Origin: Methanocaldococcus indicus
GTDB taxonomy: Archaea; AGJL01; Methanococci; Methanococcales; Methanocaldococcaceae
NCBI RefSeq assembly: GCF_049554935.1
Contig: NZ_CP186926.1
Span: 896,001-960,000 of the forward strand
Length of the DNA stretch: 64,000 nt
Reading direction: 5' to 3'
Shown here: one piece after another, positions 7,130 to 19,939 of the stretch
How the letters are laid out: every line of letters begins with the position of its first letter
Position numbering within the stretch: position 1 is the first letter of the stretch
Translations under genes and position numbers: made by a program
Notes under the pieces: generated by a model
What the model was told of the DNA's origin: nothing
The model's database searches: none
The model's input: the letters and a program-made list of their open reading frames with translations, nothing else

Positions 7130-8341
7130 TTAAATTTCTTTTCCTAATGCCTTAGCAACTGTTTGCACATCTTTGTCTCCTCTTCCAGATAGATTAACAA
7201 CTATAATATCATCTTTATCATACTTATCAGCTATTTTAAATAAATATGCTAATGCATGGGAACTCTCTAATGCTGGAAGTATTCCTTCTAACCTACACAA
7301 CTGTTGAAATGCATATAATGCTTCATCATCAGTTATTGGAACTGGTTTTATCCTACCTAAATCCTTTAAAAAACTTAACTCTGGACCAACTCCTGGATAA
7401 TCTAATCCAGCAGATATGGAATAACTTTCCTCAATTTGTCCAAATTCATCCTCCTTCACATATATCTTAGCACCATGTAAAACACCAACATCTCCACAAC
7501 ATAAAGAAGCTCCATGTTCCTTTGTATTTATTCCCTTACCTCCAGCTTCAACTGCATATAACTCAACATCATCATCTAAAAATTCATAAAAACAACCAAT
7601 AGCATTGCTACCTCCACCTACACAGGCAATAATTGCATCAGGTAATCTACCCTCTTTTTTTAAAATTTGCTCTTTAATCTCTTTACCAATAACTCTTTGG
7701 AATTCTCTAACCATTAGAGGATAAGGATGTGGCCCAAGAGCAGAACCTAAAAGATAATAGGTAGTTCTAACATTAGTTGTCCAATCCCTTAAAGCTTCAT
7801 TTACAGCATCTTTTAGTGTTTGTGAGCCCCCATAAACAGGAATAACCTTAGCACCCATTAACTCCATTCTAAAAACATTCAACTTCTGTCTTTCAACATC
7901 CTTAGCCCCCATATATATATGACACTCTAAACCAAGTTTTGCACATACTGATGCAGTTGCAACACCATGCTGTCCAGCTCCTGTCTCAGCTATAACTCTC
8001 TTCTTACCCATTTTCTTAGCTAATAAGGCTTGACCTAATGCATTATTTATTTTATGTGCTCCTAAATGGCATAAGTCCTCTCTTTTTAAATATACTTTTA
8101 CATTCAACTCTTCACTTAATCTTTCAGCAAAGTATAGAGGTGTAGGTCTTCCAGCATAGTCCTCTAAGAGTTTATAAAACTCCTCTCTAAAATTTCCTTC
8201 ATTTTTTATCCAAAATCTTTCAAAAGCTTCTTCTAATTCTTCAATAGCAGGCATTAATGTTTCTGGAACAAACTTTCCTCCATATATTCCAAATTTTCCA
8301 TTCTTATCTGGATATTTATCTTTAATCATTATTCCTCCCAT
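7130..8341 (-). CDS. trpB: Tryptophan synthase beta chain
   Basis: GAHKINN and ETGAGQHG motifs. Confidence 0.97.
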   Translation of the reverse strand: MGGIMIKDKYPDKNGKFGIYGGKFVPETLMPAIEELEEAFERFWIKNEGNFREEFYKLLEDYAGRPTPLYFAERLSEELNVKVYLKREDLCHLGAHKINNALGQALLAKKMGKKRVIAETGAGQHGVATASVCAKLGLECHIYMGAKDVERQKLNVFRMELMGAKVIPVYGGSQTLKDAVNEALRDWTTNVRTTYYLLGSALGPHPYPLMVREFQRVIGKEIKEQILKKEGRLPDAIIACVGGGSNAIGCFYEFLDDDVELYAVEAGGKGINTKEHGASLCCGDVGVLHGAKIYVKEDEFGQIEESYSISAGLDYPGVGPELSFLKDLGRIKPVPITDDEALYAFQQLCRLEGILPALESSHALAYLFKIADKYDKDDIIVVNLSGRGDKDVQTVAKALGKEI

Positions 8342-9171
8342 GGTAGTTTTTTATACTCCCTCTTTATATCAGGAACTTCTGAAAATACATCTAAATTTAT
8401 ATTTTCCAATAAAAAACTATCAAACTCTTTTATATTTTTTAGCAAGCAACCTTTTATAGTTATGTTTGTTTTCTTGTTTATCTCTCTCATTTTATAAACA
8501 GTAAGTAATAAATCTCTTAGTGAGCCAATTTTACTTTTATCTATATTTAAGGAATTAATAATTTTTTTATCATAAATAATTAAATGATGAACTAAAATCT
8601 CATCTACATCTAATTTAGCAATATTTAATAAATCATTTTCATTAACACCAGGAATGTATATAGTTCTTACAATTGTATGAAAATGTTTATTTGCTAATTG
8701 AATATTTTCTATGACTCTATTAACAATATCTTTACCACATAGTTTTTTATATGTATCTATTCCTGGGAGGCTAATCATAACAATATCTACACCTAAATCT
8801 TTTAACTCTAAAATTTTATCTTCATCTAAAAGAATCCCATTAGTTTGTAAATCCACTCTTAATCCCAAATCTTTAACATACTGAACAGCTTTCTTAACAT
8901 CTTCATATTTTAAAAGAGGTTCTCCATATTGAGAAATAGTAACAGCTTCACACTCTTCTAAATTTCCATAAATTCCTCTTTTAACTTTTTTCAGCTTAGA
9001 ATAACAAAATAAACAATTTAAATTACATGATTGAGTTAGTTCTATTGATGGATGATGATAAGGATTATCTTTTTCAGTTATTCCTTCACAACCATAGCAA
9101 TGTTTAACATACTTTAACTCTTTAACTAACTTTTCCAAAATTTTAGAAGTCTCACTTCTCAAAACTATCAT
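8329..9171 (-). CDS. Radical SAM protein
   Basis: CNLNCLFC motif, GEPLL. Confidence 0.85.
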   Translation of the reverse strand: MIVLRSETSKILEKLVKELKYVKHCYGCEGITEKDNPYHHPSIELTQSCNLNCLFCYSKLKKVKRGIYGNLEECEAVTISQYGEPLLKYEDVKKAVQYVKDLGLRVDLQTNGILLDEDKILELKDLGVDIVMISLPGIDTYKKLCGKDIVNRVIENIQLANKHFHTIVRTIYIPGVNENDLLNIAKLDVDEILVHHLIIYDKKIINSLNIDKSKIGSLRDLLLTVYKMREINKKTNITIKGCLLKNIKEFDSFLLENINLDVFSEVPDIKREYKKLPWEE

Positions 9172-9182
9172 AAAGCAAACCT

Positions 9183-9890
9183 TTAAAATCTTACTCTCCT
9201 TTTAATTCCTTCATATAAATCAATAATATTTCCATTTAAAAATGCACTCATGGTGTAAATAACTCCTGGAGGTAAAATTGATATTGGAGTACTGTTCCTT
9301 ACAAAATATAAGTTATCAAAAGCTAATAAAGCACCATAAATTATAGTTGATAGCTTTTTTATATCTTCAAGTTCTTTAACAGCTATTATAACAATTGGGT
9401 CATCTGTATCTTTTCCAGAATAACCTACACCTTCAATTTTTTTGTATTCATAACAGACAGATGATGATGCCTCATAACCTAATTTTTTGGCTATTCTTTC
9501 AACATATAGAGCATAGTCATTAACTACACTCTCTCCTCCATAAGTGTCAAAACCTAAAACTATTGCATCACCATATTTTGAAAGTGATTTAACATATGTA
9601 TAAGAAACACCTTCCTTAGCCTTATCTTTATCTTTTGAAACTCCATTTAAATCATCAAAACCTTCTGCATATTTATATAGAATCTCAAAAATCTTTTTAT
9701 TGTGGAATTCTAACAACTCTTCAGGGATTAAAGAAGTTATAACAATATCATCTCCAGTTACATTAGATACTCTACTCAAAATGTTGTATTTTTTGAGAGA
9801 TTTTAGTTCTTTGTTTATGTTATCAACTATCTTCATATTAGCTTCAACATCATTGTCAAATATATCAACTCCAAAACCTACAATATACAT
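9183..9890 (-). CDS. Hypothetical protein
   Basis: 235 aa ORF in operon between carB and the radical SAM gene. Confidence 0.75.
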   Translation of the reverse strand: MYIVGFGVDIFDNDVEANMKIVDNINKELKSLKKYNILSRVSNVTGDDIVITSLIPEELLEFHNKKIFEILYKYAEGFDDLNGVSKDKDKAKEGVSYTYVKSLSKYGDAIVLGFDTYGGESVVNDYALYVERIAKKLGYEASSSVCYEYKKIEGVGYSGKDTDDPIVIIAVKELEDIKKLSTIIYGALLAFDNLYFVRNSTPISILPPGVIYTMSAFLNGNIIDLYEGIKRRVRF

Positions 9891-9899
9891 AATTAAAAC

Positions 9900-11735
9900 C
9901 TATAATAACTCATCTAATGAATAAACTTCTATTTTTTTATTTCTGACTGATTCAATTGCATTTACTAATGCCTTAGCTCCTGATATGGTTGTTACATATG
10001 GAATTCCAAAATCAACTGCTGCTCTTCTTATATAATATCCTTCTGATTTTGCTCTTTTTCCTGATGCTGTATTTATAATTAAGTCAATCTTTCCTTCTTT
10101 TAAGAGAGATATTATATTATCTGTTGAACTTTCAGAAATCTTTTTAACTAATCTGACTGGGATATTGTGCTCTCTCAACTTATTAGCTGTTCCTTCTGTT
10201 GCATATATATTAAATCCTAATTCATGAAGTTTTTTAGCAATCTCAATTATTTTATCTTTATCTCTATCTTTAACACTTATAAAGACATTACCTCCATTAA
10301 TAGGAATTTCCATATTTGCAGAGAGTTGTGATTTGTAGTATGCTAAACCAAAATCTTTATCTATTCCAATTGCTTCTCCTGTTGATTTCATCTCAGGTCC
10401 TAAGACAGGGTCTACTCCTGGCAACTTTAAGAATGGAAATACAGATTCTTTTATTGATACATATTTTGGTTTTGTTATAAACACGTTCTCTTTAACTTCT
10501 TCTATTCTATGTTTATATTCCTCTAAAAGTTCATTTAATTTTTTTCCAACTATAACTTTGGTTGCCAACTTAGCCAATGGAATTCCAACAGATTTACTTA
10601 CATAAGGGACAGTTCTTGAAGCTCTTGGATTTGCTTCTAATACATAAACTTTTCCATCCTTAACAGCATACTGAATATTAATCAATCCTTTAACATTTAA
10701 AGCTCTTGCTATTTTAGCTGTATAATCAATAACTTTATCTATAATCTCCTTTGGTAGAGATTGAGGAGGAATTACTGTTGCTGAATCACCACTATGAACT
10801 CCTGCTTCTTCAATATGCTCCATTATTGCTCCTATTAAAACTGTTTCTCCATCAGAGACCGCATCAACATCTAACTCAATAGCATCCTCTAAAAACTTAT
10901 CTATAAGTATTGGATGTTCTTCTGAAACTTTGACAGCCTCTTTTATATACTCTTTAAGTTGTTCTTCATCATAAACTATCTGCATTGCCCTTCCTCCTAA
11001 AACATAGGAAGGCCTAACTAAAACAGGATAACCTATTTTTTTAGCTACTTCTAATGCCTCTTTTTCATTGTATGCAATCCCACCCTCAGGTTGAGGGATA
11101 TTTAACTCTTTCAATAGTTTAGAGAACTCTTCTCTATCTTCTGCTTTATGTATATTTTCTGGAGATGTTCCTAATACATTAACTCCATACTCTTTTAGTT
11201 TAAGAGCTAAATTTATTGCTGTTTGCCCTCCAAATTGGACAATAACTCCTAAAAATTCTCCATTTTGTTTTTCTAAATCAACAATATTTAAGACATCTTC
11301 TAATGTTATTGGTTCAAAATAGAGTTTATCTGATGTATCATAGTCAGTAGAAACAGTTTCAGGATTGTTGTTTATAATTATTGCCTCAATTCCCATCTCT
11401 TTTAAAGCTAAAACTGCATGGACAGATGAATAATCAAACTCAATACCTTGTCCAATTCTTATAGGCCCAGAACCTAAAATAATAGCTTTCTTTCTATTAG
11501 ATGGATATGATTCATTCTGTTCATTATAAAATATCTTTTCATAAGCAGAGTAATAATAAGGTGTTTCAGCTTCAAATTCTGCTGCACAGGTATCAACCAT
11601 TTTATAAATAGGAACTATTCCCAATTTTTTTCTTAATTTTCTAATTTCATCTTCTTTCATATCTAAAATGTGTGATAACTGTTTATCAGAAAATCCTAAC
11701 ATTTTAGCTTTTAATAGTATCTCCTTTATATCCAT
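9900..11735 (-). CDS. carB: Carbamoyl-phosphate synthase large subunit, C-terminal half (split gene)
   Basis: YKMVDTCAAEF, GSGPIRIGQGIEFDY, ATP-grasp and MGS domains. Confidence 0.95.
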   Translation of the reverse strand: MDIKEILLKAKMLGFSDKQLSHILDMKEDEIRKLRKKLGIVPIYKMVDTCAAEFEAETPYYYSAYEKIFYNEQNESYPSNRKKAIILGSGPIRIGQGIEFDYSSVHAVLALKEMGIEAIIINNNPETVSTDYDTSDKLYFEPITLEDVLNIVDLEKQNGEFLGVIVQFGGQTAINLALKLKEYGVNVLGTSPENIHKAEDREEFSKLLKELNIPQPEGGIAYNEKEALEVAKKIGYPVLVRPSYVLGGRAMQIVYDEEQLKEYIKEAVKVSEEHPILIDKFLEDAIELDVDAVSDGETVLIGAIMEHIEEAGVHSGDSATVIPPQSLPKEIIDKVIDYTAKIARALNVKGLINIQYAVKDGKVYVLEANPRASRTVPYVSKSVGIPLAKLATKVIVGKKLNELLEEYKHRIEEVKENVFITKPKYVSIKESVFPFLKLPGVDPVLGPEMKSTGEAIGIDKDFGLAYYKSQLSANMEIPINGGNVFISVKDRDKDKIIEIAKKLHELGFNIYATEGTANKLREHNIPVRLVKKISESSTDNIISLLKEGKIDLIINTASGKRAKSEGYYIRRAAVDFGIPYVTTISGAKALVNAIESVRNKKIEVYSLDELL

Positions 11736-11830
11736 AATTTACCACCAAGCATAAAAATAGATTTATAAATATTATAAATCTTAGTCAAAATAATTAATTA
11801 AACATAAGTAAATAAAAGTTTCTAAGATTG

Positions 11831-12835
11831 ATGACTATGATTGAAATTGATGGTAGTTATTTAGAAGGAGGAGGACAGATAGTTAGGACAGCAATAGCTT
11901 TGTCGGCTTTAACTATGAAACCTATCAAAATATTTAATATCAGAAAGAAGAGGAAAAATAAAGGATTATCATATCAACATGTGGCATGTGTTAAAGCTGT
12001 AAAAAAGTTATGTAACGCAGATGTTGAAGGATTGTATGTAGGTTCTGAAGAACTTATATTTATCCCAAAAAAACTCTCTCCAAAAAATTTTAAAATAAAT
12101 ATTGGAACTGCTGGGGCTGTTACATTAGTTATTCAGTCATTATTACCTCTATCATTAGGAATAGATAAGAGTTTTGAAGTTAAAATTATTGGAGGGACAG
12201 ATGTTAAAAATGCTCCAACTGTTGATTACACAAAATATATAACCTTAAAAATTTTGAGTAGATTTGGAGTAAATAGTGAATTAAAACTAATAAGGAGAGG
12301 ATTTTATCCAGAGGGAGGAGGAGAAGTTATATTTAAATTAAAACCTTCAAATATACAAAAGATAGATTTAGTTTATCATTCAAAATCAAAAGATGTCTAT
12401 GGAGTTAGCTATGTGCAAAATTTGAAAGAAGATATTGCAAGAAGAATGAGGAAAAAAGCTGTTGATTTGTTAAATAAGAATAAATTAAATCCTAATATAA
12501 AAATAGAAGTAAGTAAAGGTTTATCAACAGGAGCAGGAATATTTTTGTGTAATGATACTATTGGAAGTAGTTATTTGGGAGAGAAGGGTTTAAGAGCTGA
12601 AATTGTAGCTGAGAGATGTGTTAATTTTTTATTGGAAGAAAGAAACTCAAATATGGCATTAGATAGATATATGGGAGACCAAATAATTCCTTTCTTAGCT
12701 TTTGGAAAGGGAAAAGTTGGAGTATCTAAGATAACAAATCATACAAAAACAAATATGTGGGTTGTAAAACACTTTTTAGATGTTGATTTTAAAATTATTG
12801 AGATAGATAATGGATACATAATTGAAGTTACATAA
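11831..12835 (+). CDS. rtcA: RNA 3'-terminal phosphate cyclase
   Basis: [33 protein letters not shown]. Confidence 0.95.
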   Translation: MTMIEIDGSYLEGGGQIVRTAIALSALTMKPIKIFNIRKKRKNKGLSYQHVACVKAVKKLCNADVEGLYVGSEELIFIPKKLSPKNFKINIGTAGAVTLVIQSLLPLSLGIDKSFEVKIIGGTDVKNAPTVDYTKYITLKILSRFGVNSELKLIRRGFYPEGGGEVIFKLKPSNIQKIDLVYHSKSKDVYGVSYVQNLKEDIARRMRKKAVDLLNKNKLNPNIKIEVSKGLSTGAGIFLCNDTIGSSYLGEKGLRAEIVAERCVNFLLEERNSNMALDRYMGDQIIPFLAFGKGKVGVSKITNHTKTNMWVVKHFLDVDFKIIEIDNGYIIEVT

Positions 12836-12963
12836 ATATATTCAAATATTCATTTTTTTTTGTTATTAATTGTTGTAATGGTAGTTAATAGTTATGACAC
12901 AACCATAACCTTTATATATGAATATGAAAAATAATTTATAGTATTTATGGAGGTGATGTATTA

Positions 12964-13251
12964 ATGAAAAAAGTAAATATTTCTGAAGAAGCTAAGAAAT
13001 ATATCTTAGAAAAGTTATCAAAAGTAAATAAGGACAGTGTAATAATAACATTTGAAGGTTTTGGATGAGCAGGACCAAGATTTGGGATTGTTATAGATGA
13101 ACCAAGTGATAAGGATATTTTAGTATATGACAAAGATTTTAAAATATATCTTGACCCTATTGCAGCTCAGTGGCTTCCATCAGTAGATATACAACTAAGA
13201 AGAAGCATATTTGGAAAATATTTAAAAATAAAAGGGTCAAGTGAGTGCTAA
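12964..13251 (+). CDS. HesB-like selenoprotein (Sec at TGA 13066-13068, codon 35), 95 aa
   Basis: Not in ORF track; GGAGGTGA RBS; FEGFG-U-AGPRFGIVID...KGSSEC*; SECIS immediately downstream. Confidence 0.88.
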
Positions 13252-13280
13252 CTGGGAACCCTGTTAAGGGACCAGTTAGC
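13247..13280 (+). promoter_or_regulatory. Archaeal SECIS element
   Basis: GCTAACTGG-GAA-CCCT-GTTA-AGGG-A-CCAGTTAGC: GAA/A bulge followed by C-G pairs. Confidence 0.88.
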
Positions 13281-13900
13281 TCAATAAAATATAGATTCCT
13301 AAGATGATTAATATCAACCCAGAAATTTTATTTACTAATTTGAAGTTTATTTTTTCTAATATCTCTTTTATTTCAATTCCTACTAAATTTATAAAAATAA
13401 GAGGAGTTCCAAATCCAAGTGCATATATAAATAAAGAAATAAATCCAAATAAAATATCCTGTTTTGTCGCAATATAAGATAATATACTTACTAAAACTGG
13501 GTCTGCACAGGTGTTTGCTAAAACTCCATAGAAAAATCCAAATAAGAAAGAGCCAAAATATTTTGTTTTATTATTTTCTAAAATAATTTTTGTTATTTTG
13601 TTGAATATCTTACTATTTCTTTTAATAGTAATTGGTAAGTATTTAACTCCAAACTTTTGAGCCAACTCTTTGTTTTTATCTACATCAATCTCAATAACAT
13701 TATATCCTTCTTCTTTTAACTTATTAATTGTTGGTTTTAATGCTTTACAATATCCACACCACTCTGCTTCAAAAACTAAGATAGTTAAATTTTTATCAGT
13801 TGTTAGGTTAATTACATTAGTGTTGATTTTAATATTTTCATTATTGTTGGATATACAACCAATCAATAAAAAACTTAATAATAAAAGAAAATTAGAACTT
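13276..13900 (-). pseudogene. Degenerate thioredoxin lipoprotein fused to C-terminal half of a CcdA/DsbD-type membrane protein
   Basis: WCGYC thioredoxin cut off after YLP, joined to GFFYGVLANTCADP TM segments; signal peptide (..LLIGC) has an upstream in-frame stop and no ATG. Confidence 0.6.
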
Positions 13901-13908
13901 TAATAATT

Positions 13909-14388
13909 TCACCTTAAAATTAGAGCATTTGTTGGGCAAATATCTTCACATCTTCCACATAGGACACATTTATCTTTTGATATATTTATTTTCTCATTAT
14001 CTTGATATATTGCCTTAAAAGGACAATTTTTTAGACAAATTAAACAACCTATACATCTATATTTTATATAATCTAAATATCTGTAAGATAAAACTTCATA
14101 CACATTTATATCTCTATTTACTTTTCCTTTTATTTTTACAATTTCAATAGCATTGACAGGACAAACTTTGACACATTTTCCACAATGGACACATTTACTA
14201 TCATCTATATTAACTATTGGAGGATTCTCTTTTATTGCATCAACAGGACACTCTAAAATACATAGAAAGCAACCTATACATTTATCCTCATTCAAATAAA
14301 TAAATCTTTTATTAAATTCAATATCAAAATTGTAATGTATTTTTCCATTTTTCAACCCAAATTTTTCATTTATTATTTTCTTTATCAT
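13909..14388 (-). CDS. 4Fe-4S polyferredoxin (Eha-associated type)
   Basis: Four CxxCxxCxxxCP motifs. Confidence 0.85.
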   Translation of the reverse strand: MIKKIINEKFGLKNGKIHYNFDIEFNKRFIYLNEDKCIGCFLCILECPVDAIKENPPIVNIDDSKCVHCGKCVKVCPVNAIEIVKIKGKVNRDINVYEVLSYRYLDYIKYRCIGCLICLKNCPFKAIYQDNEKINISKDKCVLCGRCEDICPTNALILR

Positions 14389-15553
14389 GGCTATTAACCT
14401 TCTCTTTTATTAGTTTAATAAGTTCTTCTTTAACTTTTGTCTTTAATATGTTAATTAGTTCTTCCTTAACTTCACCATATTTTTTAGTATAAAGCTCTAA
14501 ATCTTTCTCCATAGTCTCTAAAATTCTGTCTTCAATTATTCTAACATTTATTATTTTGTTGGCATTCTCTTTATTATCTAAATAGATTGCATCAACAGGA
14601 CATTTTTTAGCACATAAACCACAAACAACACACCTATCTGGAATAATATAAGGAATTTTTAATTTTTTGCTAATTTCAATAGCATTAACCTTACATACCT
14701 TATAACAGATTCTACAACCAATACATAACTCATCATTGATAACATAAGTCTTATCTTTATGTTTAGGAATAATTTTACTCTCTAATCTTATAGCTCCTGT
14801 TGGACAAACCTCTAAACAATATCCACATTTTATACATTCAACAACATTGTAGTTTTCTAAATCTATCTTCCCTGGACATATTTGAGAACAACTTTTACAA
14901 TTTATGCAGATTGACTTTGAAATGTGAGGAATATTTGGAATTCTTTCTTTATACTCCAACTTATTAGTTTCTTTTTTTATCTTCAATTCAAAGAACTTAT
15001 CAATCTTTTCTTTTAGAATTTTTTCATTGACAACTACTATAGCATTTATAGGACATGCTTCTAAACATCTCTTACATGAAATACATTCAGAGACATTAAT
15101 ATGATAGCTATCTTCTCTCTCATGTATTATATTTATTGGACATGCATTAGCACACTCCCCACAGAGAACACATAACTCACTATCAATCATTAAAAAATTG
15201 TATTTTGGTTTATTAAAGAACAAGCCTTCTGTTTCCTCTCTATGTTTATCTATCTCTAAAACAGCAGTTGGACAAACCTCTACACAATTTGCACAGGCAA
15301 TACATGAATTATCATCTATATAAGGGATTTTTTTTGAATATTTTTCAGTTTGATAGTTAATCATTTCAATAGCAAAAGCTGGACAACTCTCTTTACAAGC
15401 TTCACAAGAGATACATTTTTCAGGATATTTAACAAGAGGTGGGACTTTTCTATATCTCTTTGGAGGAATATAACTTTCTTTTTCAGGTTTTGCATTAATA
15501 ACTTTTTTAATTTTTTCAATTAATGTATATAAGTACCAAATAGAAGAAGCCAT
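14366..15553 (-). CDS. Polyferredoxin (Eha-associated type)
   Basis: Eight CxxCxxCxxxC motifs; MASSIWYLY N-terminus. Confidence 0.88.
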   Translation of the reverse strand: MASSIWYLYTLIEKIKKVINAKPEKESYIPPKRYRKVPPLVKYPEKCISCEACKESCPAFAIEMINYQTEKYSKKIPYIDDNSCIACANCVEVCPTAVLEIDKHREETEGLFFNKPKYNFLMIDSELCVLCGECANACPINIIHEREDSYHINVSECISCKRCLEACPINAIVVVNEKILKEKIDKFFELKIKKETNKLEYKERIPNIPHISKSICINCKSCSQICPGKIDLENYNVVECIKCGYCLEVCPTGAIRLESKIIPKHKDKTYVINDELCIGCRICYKVCKVNAIEISKKLKIPYIIPDRCVVCGLCAKKCPVDAIYLDNKENANKIINVRIIEDRILETMEKDLELYTKKYGEVKEELINILKTKVKEELIKLIKEKVNSHDKENNK

Positions 15554-15749
15554 AAACTTTCACCATTTAAAATATTGGCAAAAAACATTTAATAATTTTT
15601 GAATTATTAAACCTATTAGTGGTGTTATTGAATTTTCTAATAGATTAGATTAATGAGATTTTCGATAAATTGATAAATATTTAGTGTTTGATAATTTTTT
15701 TATTTTATGTATTAAGCTATTTATTAGTTAATTGAATATATGGTATATT

Positions 15750-18005
15750 ATGAAGTCTGTTAAAGTTATAGTTAAGGGAATTGTGCAAGGTGTAGGATTT
15801 AGGCCATTTATATATAGATTAGCAAAGAAGTTAAATTTAAAAGGTTATGTAAAAAACCTTGGAAATGTTGTAGAGATTCATTTAGAAGGAGAAAATATAG
15901 ATAAATTTTTATCTCTCCTTAAAAAAGAAAAACCTCCTTTAGCTAAGATTGAGTATATTGAAGTAGAAAAAACTACACCTAAAAATTTTAAAGATTTTGA
16001 GATAATAAAAAGTTCTGATTATTCAGATTTGGGGATAATTCCTGCTGATATATCAATATGTGAGGAATGTCTAAAAGAGATATTTGATAAAAATAATAAA
16101 AGAAGATATTTATATCCTTTTAATTCATGTGTTGATTGTGGGCCAAGATTTACAATAATTTATGACTTACCTTATGATAGAGAAAATACATCAATGAGAG
16201 ATTTTCCACTATGTAGTGAATGTTTAGAGGAATACAACAATCCAGAGGATAGGAGATTTCATGGAGAAACTATATCCTGTAAGAACTGTGGGCCTTCTTT
16301 ATATTTAACTGATGGAAATGAAATTTTAGCAGAAGATTACAACTCCATTTTATTAGCTAAAAAGTTATTAAATGAAGGTTATATATTAGCTATAAAAGGA
16401 ATAGGAGGCTTTCATTTAGCATGTAGAGTAGATAATGATGAAACTCTTATCAAGTTAAGAGAAAGGTTAAATAGAAAGACTCAACCTTTTGCAGTTATGA
16501 CAAATTTTGAGAATATTAAACTATTTGCTCACTATGATGAAGATGAAAAAAAAGCTCTACTCTCTAAGGAGAGACCAATAGTTATATTAGATAAAAATGA
16601 AGATTATCATAACTATTTTTCTAAGTATGTTTCAAATCTAAATACTATTGGTGTCTTTTTACCTTACTCTGGATTACATTATCTCCTTTTAAAAGATGAG
16701 TTTGCTTTTGTTATGACCTCTGCTAATCTCCCTGGATTACCTATGGTTATTGATGAGAGTGATATTGAGAAATTAAAGGGCATAGCTGATTACTTTTTAA
16801 TTCATAATAGAAAAATTGTTAATAGATGTGATGACTCTGTTGTAAAAAAGATAGCAGATAGAATTGTTTTTTTGAGGAGAAGTAGAGGATATGCTCCTGA
16901 ACCAATAGATGTAAATATAGAAAATGATAAAATTATCTTATGTGTTGGAGCAGAGTTAAACTCAACAGCATGTTTAGTTAAAAAAAATAGATTTTATCTT
17001 ACACAATATATAGGTAATACTTCAAAATATGAAACTTTTTTATTTTTAAAAGATGCTATAAAAAGATTGTTAAAATTAACTAAAACAAATAGAATAGATT
17101 ATGTAGTTTGTGATTTACATCCTCAATATAACTCTACTAAGTTGGCTTATGAACTATCAAAAAAATTTAACTCTAAACTTATTAAAGTTCAGCATCATTT
17201 TGCTCATGCCTATTCTTTATTAGGAGATAACAACTACTTTGATGACATTTTAATCTTTTCTCTTGATGGAATGGGATATGGATTAGATGGAAATATTTGG
17301 GGAGGGGAGGTATTATTATACAAAGATAAAAAAATGGAAAGAGTAGCACATCTTGAAGAGCAAATACAAGTTGGAGGAGATTTAGCTGTTAAATATCCTA
17401 TTAGAATGTTGTTCTCCATCTTATATAAAGCAATTGGAGAAGAGGCTAAGGAATTTTTAAAAAGATATTTATCAGAAAGAGAAATTAATATTTTAGAGTT
17501 TCAACTTAAAAAGAATATAAACTGTTTTATTACAACATCAACAGGTAGAGTTTTAGATGCTATATCTTCTCTATTAAATATCTGTCAAGAGAAAACCTAT
17601 GATGGAGAACCTGCTATAAGATTAGAAAGTGTAGCTAAAAAATATGATAACTTAGAAATTAAACCAAAAATAAAAAATAATATCTTATTAACAACTCCTT
17701 TAATTGAGGAGTGCTATAATATGTATGTTAATGGAGAAGATATTAGTAAGATTGCATATTTTTCACATATGTATATTGCAGATGGTTTATTTATGTTGGC
17801 TAAAAAATACCTTAAAGATGTTGATACTATTGGACTTACAGGAGGTGTTAGCTACAACAAAATTATAACAGAAAGAATTTATAACTTAGCTAAAAGTGAA
17901 GAATATAACTTTATTTATCATAGAAGAGTTCCTAATGGTGATGGTGGAATTAGTTTTGGGCAAGGTGTTTATTTATGTTTATCTCAACTCCAAGATATAC
18001 AATAA
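15750..18005 (+). CDS. hypF: Hydrogenase maturation carbamoyltransferase HypF
   Basis: [11 protein letters not shown] acylphosphatase domain, Zn fingers, [16 protein letters not shown]. Confidence 0.97.
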   Translation: MKSVKVIVKGIVQGVGFRPFIYRLAKKLNLKGYVKNLGNVVEIHLEGENIDKFLSLLKKEKPPLAKIEYIEVEKTTPKNFKDFEIIKSSDYSDLGIIPADISICEECLKEIFDKNNKRRYLYPFNSCVDCGPRFTIIYDLPYDRENTSMRDFPLCSECLEEYNNPEDRRFHGETISCKNCGPSLYLTDGNEILAEDYNSILLAKKLLNEGYILAIKGIGGFHLACRVDNDETLIKLRERLNRKTQPFAVMTNFENIKLFAHYDEDEKKALLSKERPIVILDKNEDYHNYFSKYVSNLNTIGVFLPYSGLHYLLLKDEFAFVMTSANLPGLPMVIDESDIEKLKGIADYFLIHNRKIVNRCDDSVVKKIADRIVFLRRSRGYAPEPIDVNIENDKIILCVGAELNSTACLVKKNRFYLTQYIGNTSKYETFLFLKDAIKRLLKLTKTNRIDYVVCDLHPQYNSTKLAYELSKKFNSKLIKVQHHFAHAYSLLGDNNYFDDILIFSLDGMGYGLDGNIWGGEVLLYKDKKMERVAHLEEQIQVGGDLAVKYPIRMLFSILYKAIGEEAKEFLKRYLSEREINILEFQLKKNINCFITTSTGRVLDAISSLLNICQEKTYDGEPAIRLESVAKKYDNLEIKPKIKNNILLTTPLIEECYNMYVNGEDISKIAYFSHMYIADGLFMLAKKYLKDVDTIGLTGGVSYNKIITERIYNLAKSEEYNFIYHRRVPNGDGGISFGQGVYLCLSQLQDIQ

Positions 18006-18955
18006 TTGAAGAAGATGCTATTCAAAAACTTCCATATATCTTAGAAAAACTAAATTTAAAAAAACCTTTGGTAGTAACAGGGAAAAACACTAAAAAATAT
18101 AATATTTTTGATTTTGATTATATCTATTATAATGAATTAGAATCTTTTAAAGATAAAAATTATGATTCAATTATTGGAATTGGTGGGGGGAAAGCAATAG
18201 ATTATGGAAAATTTTTATCATACAAATTAAAAGTTCCTTTTATAAGTGTTCCTACAACAGCTTCAAATGATGGCATCTCTTCTCCAATAGTATCTATAAA
18301 ACAACCTTCTTTTATGGTTGAGGCTCCAATAGCAATAATAGCAGATATAAACATTATAAAAAATTCTCCTAAAAGATTAATAAGAGCTGGAATAGGAGAT
18401 GCTCTCTCAAATATAACCGCTGTTTTAGACTGGAAATTAGCATATAAAGAAGGAAAGGAAAAATATTATAGTGAGAGTTCTGCAATATTCTCATGGACAA
18501 TAGCTAATGAGTTAATAAACTATATTCTAAAATCTAAAAATTTGAAAAATTTAGTTCCTAAGTTAGTTAAGGCATTGGTTGGTAGTGGAATAGCTATATG
18601 TATAGCCAACTCATCCCGTCCAGCTTCTGGAAGTGAGCATCTTTTTTCTCATGCATTAGATATGTTAAAAGAGAAATATGATTTTGACTCTTTACATGGA
18701 GAACAGTGTGGTTTAGGCACAATAATGATGAGCTATCTTCATGAGATGGAAGATAATTCTTTAAATATACATAAAAAAATAAAAACTGCATTAGAGAAGG
18801 TTAAAGCTCCAACAAAATTAAAAGATATTAATATTGATGAGGATATTGCCTTAGAAGCGTTGTTAATAGCCCATAAAATTAGAAAAAGATGGACAATATT
18901 GAGAGATGGTTTATCTAAGAAAAAAGCTCAAGAATTGATAGAATTAATAAGTTAA
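17975..18955 (+). CDS. egsA: sn-glycerol-1-phosphate dehydrogenase
   Basis: [29 protein letters not shown]. Confidence 0.95.
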   Translation: MFISTPRYTIIEEDAIQKLPYILEKLNLKKPLVVTGKNTKKYNIFDFDYIYYNELESFKDKNYDSIIGIGGGKAIDYGKFLSYKLKVPFISVPTTASNDGISSPIVSIKQPSFMVEAPIAIIADINIIKNSPKRLIRAGIGDALSNITAVLDWKLAYKEGKEKYYSESSAIFSWTIANELINYILKSKNLKNLVPKLVKALVGSGIAICIANSSRPASGSEHLFSHALDMLKEKYDFDSLHGEQCGLGTIMMSYLHEMEDNSLNIHKKIKTALEKVKAPTKLKDINIDEDIALEALLIAHKIRKRWTILRDGLSKKKAQELIELIS

Positions 18956-19939
18956 TAATTTTTTAACTTTCAAGTATTCATTTATAGCCTCTCTACTACT
19001 CCCTATAAGTAATCTTTTATATTCATCATTATTTACACTTTCTAAGATACCTCTTGCTATAAATTCCTCATCCTTAAAGCACTGTCCAGCATAAGTATGG
19101 GTGAAAACAGCAATCTCTTTAATATCTTTGTTATTGTAACATTCTATTTTGTATATAGCTGGATTATCAAAAATAAATTTGTCATCCAAAACCTTTCCTT
19201 CAATCTCAATATAGCCTAATTTTTTGTAAGTTTTATTTTCTTCTTTAATATCTTTGTAGTATCTTACATACAACAAATCAAACATTGTATTATCTATAAC
19301 TCCTCTGTTAAATTTCCTTTTTTCATGGAAAATAAATTCTTCTAATGTTAATGAGTTATCTTTTATTCTCTTTTCATAAGCTTTTTTCCAAAAGTTGTAG
19401 TCCAATGCCTCTATTTTGTTATCCTCTATTGCTTCCTTTAATGCATTTCTTGCTTTATTAAATTCATTACCATAAACAACAAAATCAATATCTGAACTAT
19501 CAGAGCTTAGATTTATTAGTAAAGAGCCAGTAACTCCCATACTGTTTATATTTACTCCATAATCCTCCAAAGTTATAGCTAATTTTCTACACTTTTCTTC
19601 TAATTTATTTTTTGGCTCTTCAATAATTTCTAATAATCTATAATGAGGATAATAAACATTTTTTATTTTTTCTTTTGGAACACAAATCATTAATGTGTCT
19701 AAATTTTTATCATAATTTAAATACTCTGGAAAATTTTCTTTTAAAAATTTATATGCCTCAGAAGAGTTAGGAATCTTTACATATTCCTTATTATTTATCT
19801 TTCTAACAATTCCATTAAAAGTAGCTAACTCTTTTGGCACATATCTCAAAAAAGCATAAATTTTGTTTTTAGGGTGATTGTAGGTATTAACTGCAAAGAA
19901 CATTCCTTTTTCACATTCTATAAAATCTCTAATTCTCAT
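18944..19939 (-). CDS. Predicted nucleotidyltransferase
   Basis: [14 protein letters not shown] motif. Confidence 0.8.
   Translation of the reverse strand: MRIRDFIECEKGMFFAVNTYNHPKNKIYAFLRYVPKELATFNGIVRKINNKEYVKIPNSSEAYKFLKENFPEYLNYDKNLDTLMICVPKEKIKNVYYPHYRLLEIIEEPKNKLEEKCRKLAITLEDYGVNINSMGVTGSLLINLSSDSSDIDFVVYGNEFNKARNALKEAIEDNKIEALDYNFWKKAYEKRIKDNSLTLEEFIFHEKRKFNRGVIDNTMFDLLYVRYYKDIKEENKTYKKLGYIEIEGKVLDDKFIFDNPAIYKIECYNNKDIKEIAVFTHTYAGQCFKDEEFIARGILESVNNDEYKRLLIGSSREAINEYLKVKKLLTY

Noticed and set aside
9900-11735. carB as a truncated gene
   Set aside because: Split carB is established in Methanocaldococcus
12945-13133. Minus-strand 62-aa ORF
   Set aside because: Shadow of the HesB-like selenoprotein gene
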